This document shows positions 1 to 14,290 of a stretch of DNA of 64,000 nt, piece by piece (the first letter of the stretch is position 1; each line of letters opens with the position of its first letter). The notes below the pieces were generated by a model, which saw nothing but the letters and a program-made list of their open reading frames with translations, had not been told where the DNA came from and did no database searches. This DNA comes from Octopus bimaculoides (lineage: Eukaryota): NCBI RefSeq assembly GCF_001194135.2, contig NC_068981.1, positions 19,216,816 to 19,280,815 of the forward strand. The letters run 5' to 3'. Position numbers and translations under genes: made by a program.

Positions 1-34
<34 letters not shown>

Positions 35-53
35 CTTATCTGTATGTATACAG

Positions 54-88
<35 letters not shown>

Positions 89-839
89 CACACACACATA
101 CACATAGGTGTGCACACATATATAGTTATCATCATGATCATCATCATTTTAACATCTACTTTTCCCTGCTTGCATGGGATAGATAGAATTTGCTGAAGAA
201 GATTTGCAATAACTGGATGCTCTTCTAGTCACCAACCCTTCCATGTATTCCAGGAAGATAATGACTGGTAATTTTTTCATAGATGACTGAAAATGAAGGA
301 CATTATTTGCAACATGATGACATTCGTTTACAACTATCATGTGATGTCAAGACAAAGAGAGACAAAAGATCAAGTGCACATGCACACATAGATGCAGATA
401 CATACACACACATACACATACACACACTCACATGCATACAATGGGCTTTTTACATCATTAGTACTGGCGGTACATAAAAATCACCCAGTACACATTGTAA
501 TGTGGTTGGCATTAGGGAGGAGATCCAGCCACAAAGACCATGCCAATGATGACAATGGAACCTGATGCAGCCCTGCAACTTGCTACTTGCCTGTCAAATT
601 GTCCACACCCCTACCTGCATGGCAAGCAGATGTTAAATGATGATGATGATGATGATGACAATAATATATATACAACCAAATTCACTCTTAAGGCTTTGTT
701 TGGCTTGAGGCTATAGAGCAGGAAACACTTGCATACAGCTCATGCAGTAGGACTGAACATGAAATCATATAGTTAGGAAGCAAACTCATTGACCACATAA
801 CCATGCCTGCACTATATATAGCTGAAATTTACAGAAAAA

Positions 840-990
840 CAAGAGACAAAGACAGGTGTATAAACAACACACAGGTGTATTAGTTTATTGTTCGGGAAAG
901 TGAGAAAATCTTCTACATTTTGAGCCTATGCTCTTCAGCAGAAAGGAACATGAGTAAATAAACAGAAAGAGAATAAAAAATTTTTGAAGC
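840..990 (-). mobile_element. Penelope pseudo-LTR-like repeat carrying a degenerate hammerhead-like motif
   Basis: Minus strand reads CTTTCTGCTGAAGAGCATAGGCTCAAAATGTAGAAG...TTTCCCGA; a homologous copy lies on + at 16630-16800. Confidence 0.5.
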
Positions 991-1449
991 TATGTATATA
1001 TCATTTTCCATAGCATATTGTAACTGAAAAAGGATTAGCCAAATCCTCCAAACACATGCTATCATATAGAGTAAATATATCCCAGTACAATGAAATAATA
1101 CTAATAGAGAGCAGACTCTATACAATAATAGTAACAAAAGCAACAGTAAAAAATTTGGATCATCAAACTGTTGTATATGTTTTAGTCTGATAGAGGGATC
1201 AGAGATCCATTTCAAACAGGGATAACTCTTTACAATATTAAAAAAGTCCTTCATAATCAAATACCAGCCACATCTAAATTCTTGTAGTGTAGAAAAGGAA
1301 ACAGCAACAACCACCACCAACACTATTGCAACCCTTACTGGCGCAATTACTACTGAGTTGAAGATGGAAAACTGGTATAAGTCAAAAACAAAACTACTAG
1401 ATAGATTAATTCTGTCCCTCCCATCACCAAAAAAACCTACCTGCAACAA
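913..1449 (-). CDS. 178-codon hydrophobic ORF of unknown identity (possible exon or TE-internal ORF)
   Basis: Open frame in non-microsatellite DNA, TTGCAG acceptor-like start, several hydrophobic stretches; the 3' end runs into a repeat; no family recognised. Confidence 0.2.
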   Translation of the reverse strand: MLQVGFFGDGRDRINLSSSFVFDLYQFSIFNSVVIAPVRVAIVLVVVVAVSFSTLQEFRCGWYLIMKDFFNIVKSYPCLKWISDPSIRLKHIQQFDDPNFLLLLLLLLLYRVCSLLVLFHCTGIYLLYMIACVWRIWLILFQLQYAMENDIYIASKIFYSLSVYLLMFLSAEEHRLKM

Positions 1450-2108
1450 GTTTTATTAACTGGCCATCATTACCAACTAGTGTCAATCCAAAGGTCACAA
1501 AATACAGTACTATGTGATCTTTATAAGAAAAGTAAATGAATTTCCGGAGCTGATTATTATGAAAGATTTAAACTATTTAAATTTTCCTTTCCATTTTATG
1601 GAAAAGTGCTAAGAAGCAGAACATTTTGCTAGAATGAAAAGAGAAGAGGTACCCAACATGGCTATTTCAATATGGCTGGTTGTTGACGATTACAAATCCA
1701 TTTAGTATGGAGAATGTTTACACCCATTGCATTAAGAGAAAGACAAGGAAGTGCAGCTCTGTGCAGGATAGGAAAGGTGCAGAAAGTGCATTTTGCTGGT
1801 TACGAAGTAAGAGGAGTTAAGTTGGAAACCAAAAGAAGGAGTTGAAAAGAGGTTTGGACAATATTGCTACCCCACAAACAAGAGGGTGGTATTATGGTTC
1901 AGGGTCAAAACCCTTGATGATTATTGGTTAATGTCTGAAGACATCAATTCCTCGATGTCAAAGCTACATTCATCAAAGATGAATGATAGAGAAGCAGCTT
2001 CTTTTACATGTTATCAGTTTTATTACATTATTACATGCACATATGCTCATGCACACATGCAAATATATAAACATACATGCAATACATATACACACAACAG
2101 CCCCTACC

Positions 2109-2172
<64 letters not shown>

Positions 2173-2373
2173 ATATATAGTCATACACATATATATATAT
2201 ATGTATATAAATGGATTTGTGTTGCACTTACATATGTCCATTCAAATTGTAGACCAAGTTTAAACTATATTGACACCAAATGCCCACAGTAACAGCTGTT
2301 GCACATACATCCATAAGTATTAGTGACCAGATCATAAGTATATTGACATCTAATGTCTACAGCAACAGCTGTT

Positions 2374-2416
<43 letters not shown>

Positions 2417-3228
2417 NNNNNNNNNNACACAAACATATGCCAAATTTAAAATATTTTGACATGAAATGTCCACTATAAGAGCTCTTACACACACACACAC
2501 ACACACACACATACACACATATATATATACATATCAATATTAATTTAACTAAATATATAATAACTCAAACTATCAACAGATAAGACTAATAGATCTAAAG
2601 GAATAAAAACTTGTAATAAAATTAAAATTCTCTCAATTAAATAAGTAGAGGTTAAATATATTGATTTGGATAATTACTAATATATATTTTTATTTTTCAT
2701 TTTTTATTTTTTATTTTTTTGGCAAGTGAGTAGGGATAGAAGTGGTTGCCAGTCTCCAAAAAAAAAACAACAAAAACAAACCTACATTTCATAAAGAGTG
2801 AATAGTAGTATGACCTAGTTCTTCAGGACTACTACTAGCCATTGTCCACTGTGGTTGTAATTTAACTTCTAGCTATTTTTAAAATGAAATTCAAAGACAC
2901 ATATGCTCTCTCTCTCTCTCTCACACACACACATACACAAACACACACACAGACGCACACACACATACACAAGCTGCTATTTCAATCTGCAAGAAACTCT
3001 TCATCCTTTATGACGTAAATGAATTTATATAAATTTTGCCTTGAACAGATTTTTACCTTTTAAATTCATAATGCAATTTAATTGTAAAATATGAATGACA
3101 GTCGGAATCAAAACGTACATAGGCAACATGAAATTGACTACTACTATGTAAATAGATACTGATTTGTTTTGTTCACACTCTTCATTTTCTTTATATGATA
3201 TATATGTATGTATATATATATATGTATA

Positions 3229-3273
<45 letters not shown>

Positions 3274-3554
3274 NNNNNNNNNNNNNNNNNNNNNNNNNNN
3301 NNNNNNNNNNNNNNNNNNNNNNNNNNNNNNNNNNNNNNNNNNNNNNNNNNNNNNNNNNNNNNNNNNNNNNNNNNNNNNNNNNNNTTTTTACCTTTTAAAT
3401 TCATAATGCAATTTAATTGTAAAATATGAATGACAGTCGGAATCAAAACGTACATAGGCAACATGAAATTGACTACTACTATGTAAATAGATACTGATTT
3501 GTTTTGTTCACACTCTTCATTTTCTTTATATGATATATATGTATGTATATATAT

Positions 3555-4095
3555 ATATGTATGTATGTATATGTAGTGTTGGGCCTCATAGAGGCAATGA
3601 GGCTAAGTTTCTTTCAAGTGTTGGGCCTCACAGAGGCAAGGTGGATGAGTTCCTTTCGAGCATTCAGCCAAGCTCCTGGGTTGCTTGGAGGCAACGTGGC
3701 TGAATTTCTTTTGAGTGTTGGGCCTCACAGAAGCGAGGTGGCTGAGTTCCTTTCAAGCATTGAGCATCATGGAGGCAAAGTGGGCCTCATGCAGGCAATG
3801 ACCAAGACCTTTGGCATTATGTCATGCTTGAAAAGATAACCCATCAAGCCGAGCAAAATCACAGTCATGCCAGGTACCAGTGTCAAGCAAATGGAACCTG
3901 TACTGGTGGCATGTAAATGCACCCATTACACTCTTGAAGTGGTTGGTGTTAAGAAGGCATCCAGCTGTAGAAAACCATGCCAAATCAGGCAGGAACTGGT
4001 GCAGCCTTCCAGTGTGACAGCCCTGTTAAACCGTCCAACTCATGCCAGCATGTACAATGGATGTTAAATGATGATGATGATGATGATAATGATGA
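3555..4095 (+). mobile_element. (GAT)n-tailed non-autonomous retroposon (long copy)
   Basis: Ends GTTAAGAAGGCATCCAGCTGTAGAAAACC...GTTAAATGATGATGATG; family recurs at about 480-657(+), 9440-9790(+), 10370-10650(-), 14365-15113(-), 48425-48568(-), 52085-52545(-), 54797-54960(+). Confidence 0.8.
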
Positions 4096-4117
4096 TATAT
4101 ATATATATATATATATT

Positions 4118-4985
4118 TGTGATGGGCTAATTGTTGTCATTTTATATTTTTAATTTCGCACCTGCATATTGTTTGGTTCTGATTTTGTTGACAATACAGT
4201 ATAGTAGGGGCAGTTTGGCACCGTCTGTGAGTAAAACAGCACCATAGCGCAATTCACTCAGCCAGAAATTTGGAAAGGACATGCTGCACTGCTTGGCATT
4301 CATGCTGGAAGTGCCAATATGAACATTTCAGAATGTTTGGGTGTCAATCTGAGGACAGCGCAATCTGAGGATATGTACCGAGAGTAATAAAAATCAAACA
4401 TCCAGTCAACATCAAGGTGCTTGGAGTGATCACTAGTGGTGGTAACATTATGCCTCCATTCATCTTCCCGCACAGCTTCAGACTCAACACAGAGGACTAC
4501 ATCAAGTGCCTGCAGGAGGTAGTGCTACCATGGGTGAAGAGGGTGGCTGCTGGAAGACCTTATATCAGGCAACAGTACTCTGCGCCATACCACACAAGCA
4601 AGAGAACCCAATCATGGGTATCAGACAATTTCTGTGACCACATCACCCTTAACATCTGGTCACCTAACTCCCCGGAGTGCCATCCCCTTGACTATTATGT
4701 GTGGGGCACAGTTGAACAAGAGACCAACAAAACTCCTTGTAACACCAAACATGAACTGAAGGCAAGGATTATGGCAGCATTGAGACCATGCAGAAGAGTT
4801 GCAGGAGATTCCAAAGTCGTCTGGAGGCCATGGTTGAAGCTAATGGCGATTTTATTGAATAAATTTACTCTTTAGTATTTCAAAATATTTTTATGTCATT
4901 TTGGCAAATATATCTGTCAAAACGAGATGTCAGTGTTAGTTTCACTTTTGCATAATTTAGACGACACTCTATTTACCGTACTCTG
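4118..4985 (+). mobile_element. DD37D (maT-type) Tc1/mariner-superfamily transposon, internally deleted
   Basis: ORF 4417-4875: QQ(Y)SAPYHTSKRTQSW...WSPNSPECHPLDYYVWG, with 37 residues between the second and third catalytic positions; homologous to 48596-49473. Confidence 0.9.
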
Positions 4986-4988
4986 TGT

Positions 4989-5068
<80 letters not shown>

Positions 5069-5629
5069 AAATATATATACGCACATTCACACACAGATAT
5101 GATGAGCTTCTTTCAGTTTACATCCCCTCACAAGTCTTTAGTTGCCCTAGGGTTATAATAAAAGACATTTGCCTTGAGGTGTGACACATGACTGGGAAGC
5201 AAACTTCTTAAACACACAGCTATATCTATACATATATGTATGAATGTATGTATGCATTTAATGTATGCATGTATGACCATATGTGCATGCGAGTGCATTA
5301 TTTGAATTGTTGCTTAAGGGCAATGATAGTAATACTTACTTAACCTCCAGGACAGTGCAGGTTTATGCAATATGTTAAGCAACAATTTACACATGTTGAT
5401 GACTGTAGAGAAAAGATTGGCAAGGTAGGATTAGCAGAAAGCTGGCTTTGTGGTGAAGAAGCTTGCTTTCTAATCATATGATCTCACATTCAGTTCTACT
5501 ATGCAGAACCTTGAACAAATGTCATTTACTTTAGCCCCAGGCTAACTAGCCAAAACATTGTAATTGATTTGGTAATTTGGTTGGTAGAAGCTGTAAGAAA
5601 CCTGTCACTTATATATGTGTATATATAAA

Positions 5630-5662
<33 letters not shown>

Positions 5663-6362
5663 TGTATGTATGTATATATGTATAAATATGTGTGTGTATG
5701 TGTATGCATGTGTACATATATGCATATATATGTGTTTGTACAGGGTAGCAACACTAAACAGTGATGTGTATCATAAATACAAACTTGTTTCCAGTTCAAA
5801 TTTGCTTCAGGCATATTTGAAACTGTAAGAAAGATTTTTTACTGTATTCTATCATGGAGAAAATTTCATACTGTAGACAAATAAGTGCGTGTAACACCAA
5901 ATTAGTTCACTGCACTCTCTAACTAGACTGTTGGATGCATGCATTCCAGAATGGTTATCTCCTCTTCAGCAACAGACCCTGGAACGGCGGACTCTGAGAA
6001 CTGACATGATATTTTGGCTTGGTTTCTTGGTTTCTTGGTTTCCTGATGTCACCCACTTTACAAAGGGTACTGAATGCATTTTCTCATGTCACCAATAATA
6101 GAGAGAGACTGTAAGTCCTCAGTAAGACAGAACTAATGGGATCTCTTAACCTTACTTTCCTCTGCTTACCCACCAATCATTCCAGCACATGCATGTTGGT
6201 GGGGAAGCTTCCTGTTGTAGCCCCTGGTACAGAACAATTGGGGTACCTTGTAAGCTATTATGTTTAAGAGTACTCTGTAACCAAAGATGTGATAACAGCT
6301 ATTACACGCTTCAGGGATAATTGAGCATCTAACACCTATAATTATTAATCTATGTCTAGTAA

Positions 6363-6838
<476 letters not shown>

Positions 6839-8910
6839 GGTGAACTTGCAGAACTGTTTGCATGGTGGACAAAATGCTTCATGGCGTTTCTGCTGGCTCT
6901 ACCTTCTATGTTTGAATTCCGCTGGGGTAGACTTTACTTTTTGTCCTTTCAGGGTTAATAAAATAAGTACCAGTTGATCCTTGTAGTTGATATATTTGAC
7001 TAGATCCCACACTTAAACATTTCAGGCCTTGTGCCTAAACTAGAAACGATTAATTTATGTCTACACATTTAACCCTTTACTCTTCAGATTACCAAATTCA
7101 TTGCTTATCCATTCATTATCCTCCTCCTCCTGCTCCTCCTCCTGCTCCTCCTCCTGCTCCTCCTCCCNNNNNNNNNNNNNNNNNNNNNNNNNNNNNNNNN
7201 NNNNNNNNNNNNNNNNNNNNNNNNNNNNNNNNNNNNNNNNNNNNNNNNNNNNNNNNNNNNNNNNNNNNNNNNNNNNNNNNNNNNNNNNNNNNNNNNNNNN
7301 NNNNNNNNNNNNNNNNNNNNNNNNNNNNNNNNNNNNNNNNNNNNNNNNNNNNNNNNNNNNNNNNNNNNNNNNNNNNNNNNNNNNNNNNNNNNNNNNNNNN
7401 NNNNNNNNNNNNNNNNNNNNNNNNNNNNNNNNNNNNNNNNNNNNNNNNNNNNNNNNNNNNNNNNNNNNNNNNNNNNNNNNNNNNNNNNNNNNNNNNNNNN
7501 NNNNNNNNNNNNNNNNNNNNNNNNNNNNNNNNNNNNNNNNNNNNNNNNNNNNNNNNNNNNNNNNNNNNNNNNNNNNNNNNNNNNNNNNNNNNNNNNNNNN
7601 NNNNNNNNNNNNNNNNNNNNNNNNNNNNNNNNNNNNNNNNNNNNNNNNNNNNNNNNNNNNNNNNNNNNNNNNNNNNNNNNNNNNNNNNNNNNNNNNNNNN
7701 NNNNNNNNNNNNNNNNNNNNNNNNNNNNNNNNNNNNNNNNNNNNNNNNNNNNNNNNNNNNNNNNNNNNNNNNNNNNNNNNNNNNNNNNNNNNNNNNNNNN
7801 NNNNNNNNNNNNNNNNNNNNNNNNNNNNNNNNNNNNNNNNNNNNNNNNNNNNNNNNNNNNNNNNNNNNNNNNNNNNNNNNNNNNNNNNNNNNNNNNNNNN
7901 NNNNNNNNNNNNNNNNNNNNNNNNNNNNNNNNNNNNNNNNNNNNNNNNNNNNNNNNNNNNNNNNNNNNNNNNNNNNNNNNNNNNNNNNNNNNNNNNNNNN
8001 NNNNNNNNNNNNNNNNNNNNNNNNNNNNNNNNNNNNNNNNNNNNNNNNNNNNNNNNNNNNNNNNNNNNNNNNNNNNNNNNNNNNNNNNNNNNNNNNNNNN
8101 NNNNNNNNNNNNNNNNNNNNNNNNNNNNNNNNNNNNNNNNNNNNNNNTATATATATATATATACATACGATGAGCTTCTTTCAGTTTCCGTTTACCAAAT
8201 CCATTCACAAGACTTTGGTCAGCCTGAGGCTATAATAGAAGACACTTACACAAGGTGCCACGCAGTGGGACTGAACCCAGAACCATGTGGTTGGTAAGCA
8301 AGCTACTTACCATACAGCAATTCCTACGCCTATGTATGTGTTTAATAATTGTAGACATTTTTTTCTTAATTATTAATGCATTTGTGTAATAGTTATTAAT
8401 GTATGTGTGTAAAAGCTGTAGACATTTGATGTGGAGTATCAATGTATGTCATCTACCCATTTATGTATATGTGTAACAACTCTGAACATATGGTGTTAAT
8501 TGTATTCTAGATGTGGTCTACAAAGTCTATGAATATGTCTGTATAAGCTCTGAGATGATGGATATTCAATGTGGTCTACAGTGCTAATGTGCATATTTGT
8601 GCAAGAGATGTTACTTTGAATATTTAACGTTGAACTTTTGGAAGACACCTACAATGTCTGTTTCTAGCAGAAAGACTACTCTCTTTGTTTTCCTTTTAGT
8701 TTTTACAAATAAAACTCCATAAGCTGCTTTTAATGTGCTTCTGTCTTTGAGGAAATCTGTAATCCCAATTAATATTATATTTCAACTTATTATTAAAATA
8801 CTATAGTCAACTTTGAGAAAAGTTTGCTGTAAGATCCAAATATAGATACACACGTATGCATACACATATATTTATGTACGTAAATATGCATATAAATGTA
8901 TATGTATATG

Positions 8911-9168
8911 TATAAGTAGGGATGACCACAAAGTGAACATTCGATATGCTAGAAAGAGGTCATCAACGACCCAACCACAAAGAAAAAATAATGTTCTCCA
9001 GAACACAATTAATTATTTATTCTGTATATTTTTCATTTTGTCTTGCTCGCTTATGTTCTGGTATTTGCTAATTTTTTTCTGTAGAACATTATTTTTCTTT
9101 GTGGTTGGGTCGTTGATGACCTCTTTCTAGCATATCAGATGTCCACTTAGTGGTCATCCCTTCTTATA
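8911..9168. mobile_element. MITE with about 90-bp terminal inverted repeats and TA ends
   Basis: TATAAGTAGGGATGACCAC...TGTTCTCCAGA (8911-9002) is the reverse complement of TCTGTAGAACA...GGTCATCCCTTCTTATA (9078-9168) with few mismatches. Confidence 0.8.
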
Positions 9169-9261
9169 TGCATGTAATACAATTTTTCTGAATTTTCAGA
9201 TTTTTTATATGCTAGGCCACTTGGTTTTAAATTGATGTTAATTGAATTAATATTCAATTTA

Positions 9262-9357
<96 letters not shown>

Positions 9358-10810
9358 GTATATATATATGTATATATATATACTATATTAGAGGAACGAA
9401 AAAGAAAAGATACCCTTCATTTGTTAGGCGATATACTGTGCTTGTAAAGACCTGTTGAACTGAGTGAAATCATGGTTGTGCCCGATGCCAGTGCTGTCTG
9501 ACTGGGACTCATGCTGGTGGCACATAAAAAACATCATTTAAGCATTGGGCCTCATGGAGGCAGTGACAGGTGACCAAGATCCTTGGCAGTATACTATGCT
9601 TGTATTGATCTGTCAACCCAAGTGAAACCATAGTCGTGGCCAATGCCAGTGTCAAGTCAATGGCACCCATGTGAGTGACACCCATGCCAGTGCCACCCAT
9701 GCCAGTGACACATAAAAAGCACCCACTATACTCTCGGAGAGGCTGGCATTAGGATGGGCATCCAGCTGGTTTGGAACCTGGTGCAGCCCCCATCCCACCC
9801 CACCCAGCACAACAAAGACCAAGGCATGACAAGTATCTCAAATCATAAGAATAATTTAATTAGAGTAAATTTGAAGTCTTACAGCTGTTTCTGGGATATC
9901 TCAAGTGGTAGGCTTGCATGTCAGTACACTGGGTAGTCTGTTGTCAGAGGTAAGGTGAGAAGAATAAAGAGTAATGGTAGATAGAAGAATACAAAGAGGA
10001 GTAAAAATATTCACAGCTCATCTTTTTCCAGAAGGTATGCAGTCAGTTGGTCCATACTTCTGTGGTGGTATAATCCCAGATAAATCCAGGCGGTATTTTG
10101 GCAGTATTTTGAATGATGCATTCATGTTGAAGTAATGAATTAAGTGGTTAGCTAGTATGTAAATGGTCCACGATGGACATTTGGACCTATGGAAGAATTT
10201 AAAAGTGCGATAGAATTTATGCTTACATGTAGAGAATGCTTCATATTGTTTATTGAGTAATTATGGTGAATTATTAAGTAATATTTGGAGAGCTTCTAAT
10301 ATGTATAAATATATATATATATATATATATTAATATATAATATATGCTAGCATGGAAAGGGGACGTTAAACAATGATGATGATGATAATGATGATGGCAA
10401 GACATATTTCCATGTAATGTTAAAACAAAGACACGCAAACAATCACATACATAAATATATATACATATTTTACCATCTATTGTTCTATGTTGACATGGGT
10501 TGGACAGTCTGACAGGCACCAGCAGACCAGAGGACATGCGTTAAGCTCTGCTGTTTGCTTTGGCATGGTTTCTACTGCTGGATGCCTTCCTAATGCCAAC
10601 CACTTTAGAGTGTACCGGGTGCTTTTTATGTGGCACCAGCAGCAGCTGTAAAGTCCACTCACAAGGTTTTTGTTAGCCAGTGCAAGGGACTATAGTAGAT
10701 GAGACTTGCCCAAGCTGCCATGCAGTGGAACTGAACCCAAAACCATGCAGTTGGAAAAGCAAAATCTTAACCACACAGCCAAGCTTATTATTTCCTTTCA
10801 TATAACTATA

Positions 10811-11233
10811 GGCGTAGGAGTGGCTATGTGGTAAGTAGCTTGTTTACCAACCACATTGTTCCAGGTTCAGTCCCACTGCATGGCACCTTGGGCATGTGTC
10901 TTCTACTATAGCTTCGGGCTGACCAAAGAGTTGTGAGTGGATTTGGTAGACAGAAACTGAAAGAAGCCTGTTGTATATATGTATATATATATATATGTAT
11001 GTGTGTGTATATGTTTGTGTGTCTGTGATTGTTCCCCCAACATTGCTTGACAACTGATGGTGGTATGTTTATGTCCCCGTAACTTAGCAGTTCAGCAAAC
11101 GAGATCGATAGAATAAGTACTAGGCTTACAAAGAATAAATTCTGAGGTCGATTTGCTCAACTAAAGGCGGTGCTCCAGCATGGCCGCAGTCAAATGACTG
11201 AAACAAGTAAAAGAGTAAATAAAGAGTAAAGAG
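10811..11233 (+). mobile_element. SINE family A, full length
   Basis: GGCGTAGGAGTGGCTATGTGGTAAG A-box-like head, GGTTCAGTCCC B-box-like motif, core, microsatellite and GTAAAAGAG tail; partial copies at about 677-812(-), 5090-5225(-), 8150-8330(-), 15140-15290(-), 30761-30925(+), 54551-54730(+). Confidence 0.9.
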
Positions 11234-12013
11234 TATATTATCAGACTAGCTCTCTGTTTTTAGTATATAATTTTACCTATGAGATAGTTACCTTGGTAAC
11301 TATCTCATAATTAACTCCTAAATTTGATTGATATGAGGCAAGTGATGAAGGTGCATCACACCAGAACCATCTTCATCAGTGGTTATGTAATTATTTCTTT
11401 CAGAATTTTTTTGGAATCGTCCATTATCGAGATCACTTTGTGGAAGCAATTTTGAGGGGATTAAAAAAGAGAGCTAGAAGGCCTTTTACACCTGGAGGTG
11501 AATTCATAAAAGATTTTATTAATTCAACTGCATGCTGTTTAGTCAAGTCCATGTCGGTGCTTAGTCGGTGTTAGATGGAGTTATCTGCCAGAAGATTAAC
11601 CCTTGTGTTTTGATCTTTATTTTCTTCCATATCTATTGCAAAAGAGGAAAAAGATTTTTCCAAAGTTTTCTAGGTTAGAAATGAAGCAATATGCTGAAAA
11701 ATGGATGTGGTCTGGGAAATTAATGTTAAACTTACATGGAATGTTAAAATATAAAAAAAAAATCGTTGGAATGAATGATAATGCCATCGGATATATAGGA
11801 ATTTGTCCCACTTGAAGTTAGAATAATGAAATTTTATTGAAATGCACACGTACACACACACACACACACACACACATGCATGCACGCACACGCACGCATG
11901 CTCACACACATGCACATACACACGTATGTATATATAGTATATATACATACATATATATGTGTGTATGTATGTATACATATATATATATATACACACACAC
12001 ACACTCATATGTG

Positions 12014-12045
<32 letters not shown>

Positions 12046-12056
12046 TNNNNNNNNNN

Positions 12057-12101
<45 letters not shown>

Positions 12102-12348
12102 TGTGAATATACATATATATATTCACTCACATGTATATAGATATACTTATACAGACACATGAATAATATATATATATATATATATGCACATATATATAGG
12201 GTGAGGTATGTATATGTGTATGTATATATACATATATATACACACAGACACTCATATGTGTATATACATATATATATACACACATATATGTGAATGTACA
12301 TATATACATACACTCACATGTATATGGATACACTTATAGATATACATA

Positions 12349-12391
<43 letters not shown>

Positions 12392-13429
12392 NNNNNNNNN
12401 NNNNNNNNNNNNNNNNNNNNNNNNNNNNNNNNNNNNNNNNNNNNNNNNNNNNNNNNNNNNNNNNNNNNNNNNNNNNNNNNNNNNNNNNNNNNNNNNNNNN
12501 NNNNNNNNNNNNNNNNNNNNNNNNNNNNNNNNNNNNNNNNNNNNNNNNNNNNNNNNNNNNNNNNNNNNNNNNNNNNNNNNNNNNNNNNNNNNNNNNNNNN
12601 NNNNNNNNNNNNNNNNNNNNNNNNNNNNNNNNNNNNNNNNNNNNNNNNNNATATATATATATATATATAGATACATACACACATACATACATACATATGT
12701 ATATCTGAGTGTAGATTGATAGATAGATAGACAGATAAATGGACAGACATGCATGTAGGTAGGGAGGTAGGTGTTCGTGTGCATGTATATGTGTGTAGAT
12801 GTCCGTATATGTGCATATGCATGTGTGCATGTGTACATATGTATGTGTATGTGAGTTGCAGTTTTGAGGTAAGTAGTGATATTACGTGACATAAACAATA
12901 TTTTACAGATAAATTCTCTCTGTTACAAAAGACTACATCGGTTATCACTGTCCTGCAAAAGGCTAAAACCTAACATAGATGTCTGGCAGCCAGGCAGCAA
13001 TTCATTTGGAAATATACGGGAGATTTGACTGAGACACATCGCCCACTTATAAAAGCTAGGGGTTACTTCATAAATTTAGACCATAGCATCTAAAATAGTA
13101 GTTATATCCCAATGATAAAACTACTGTAAGTCACAGAAAAATGTTGTTGTTCATTTTTTTATATAGTATGATAAGTCTAAGATATAGAAGGAAGAAAACC
13201 AGAAAGTTGGCATATTTATTCCTAGCATTTCTGCAATTTCTTCAATAGACACCAATTCAATAATCGATAGGAATCACCCCAAAATTCAGATTGAAAGAAA
13301 TCAATAACAATTTAGTGAGATTCTGGTGATTTATTGAATAAATAAATAGATTTCAGAATGGATGTTTGTTGAATGGCAGAGTTATATCTGTATATGTGTG
13401 GTTTAACTTGAATGGAAATAGTCTATACA

Positions 13430-14290
13430 GTATAGTTAATATCTTGTACCATACTGACTCTACTGACTGTATACTAGCACAGTATGTGATCCACTTTACT
13501 ATTCAGTATATGTGATGTAGTGTACTGTTCAGTAACTGTAATATATATTGTATAACATATGCAATAGACTGCACTGTACAGTATAATATACAATTAGTAT
13601 ACTGTTCAGTAGGTGTACAGATGTACTGTACTGACTGCACAGGACAGTCTATGTGTACTCTACTGTACTATACTGTTCAACAAATGTGATTTTCCATTCT
13701 GTTCAGTAGATGTGATATCATGTGATCATATGATCGACCAGGCTATAGGATGCTGTTATAATTCATTGGGCACAATATTCTTTGCTTGATTTTAGGTTTT
13801 GAATGATGCGTCCCCAATGGCTAGATGAGGCAAGTCAACATTGCCTCCACCACCACCACCACCACCACCACCACCACTGATCAGAAGGTTAGTCTGTCAC
13901 AAGGTATCCATTTACAGCTGAATAAACTGGAGAAATTTGAAATGAACTATCTTGCTCAAGAACACAATGTGCAGCCAGTCTGGGAATTAAAACCATGATC
14001 TTATGATCGTTAGCACAACACTCTAACCACTAGACCATGCGCCTTCACATATGTGATATACTGTATAAGGAATATGATAAACTGTACTATATATGTTATG
14101 TGAGTTTACTGTTCAGTAGATGTGATGAATTGTACTGTACTGTACAACCTGTACAACTTATGTAATGTATAACATATACTGTACAACAGAGAACACTAAA
14201 TATTCCACATAGAACATTACATATAATCTACAGTACACTGTTTCTCATGCTGTACTATTCAGTACAGTATGCTATATTACATACCTTTTA
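13430..14290. repeat. Degenerate cryptic repeat of ACTGT/TACTGTTCAGTAGATGTGAT motifs
   Basis: CTGTTCAGTAGATGTGAT-like units recur at about 13500, 13530, 13600, 13670, 13700, 14110; a similar texture resumes at 15295-15460. Confidence 0.55.

Noticed and set aside
2770-2835. Further CUGAAGA/CUGAUGA-like motifs (also about 5925-5975, 11345-11385, 28305-28345, 38250-38285)
   Set aside because: Missing GAAA, a broken stem II or no stem I; cannot be supported as ribozymes
3051-3560. Identical about 170-bp direct repeat on both sides of an N gap
   Set aside because: Exact copies flanking a gap are the signature of unmerged contig overlap, not a biological duplication
7057-8297. Long ORFs of 200-400 aa in the track (also 12252-12948, 14498-15295, 18913-19783, 22967-23875, 32520-33198, 34385-34912)
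   Set aside because: They are open only because they span N runs and microsatellites
11837-12340. YI/HT/CV-rich ORFs (also 62065-63283 and many others)
   Set aside because: Translations of (TA)n, (CA)n and (TACA)n microsatellites
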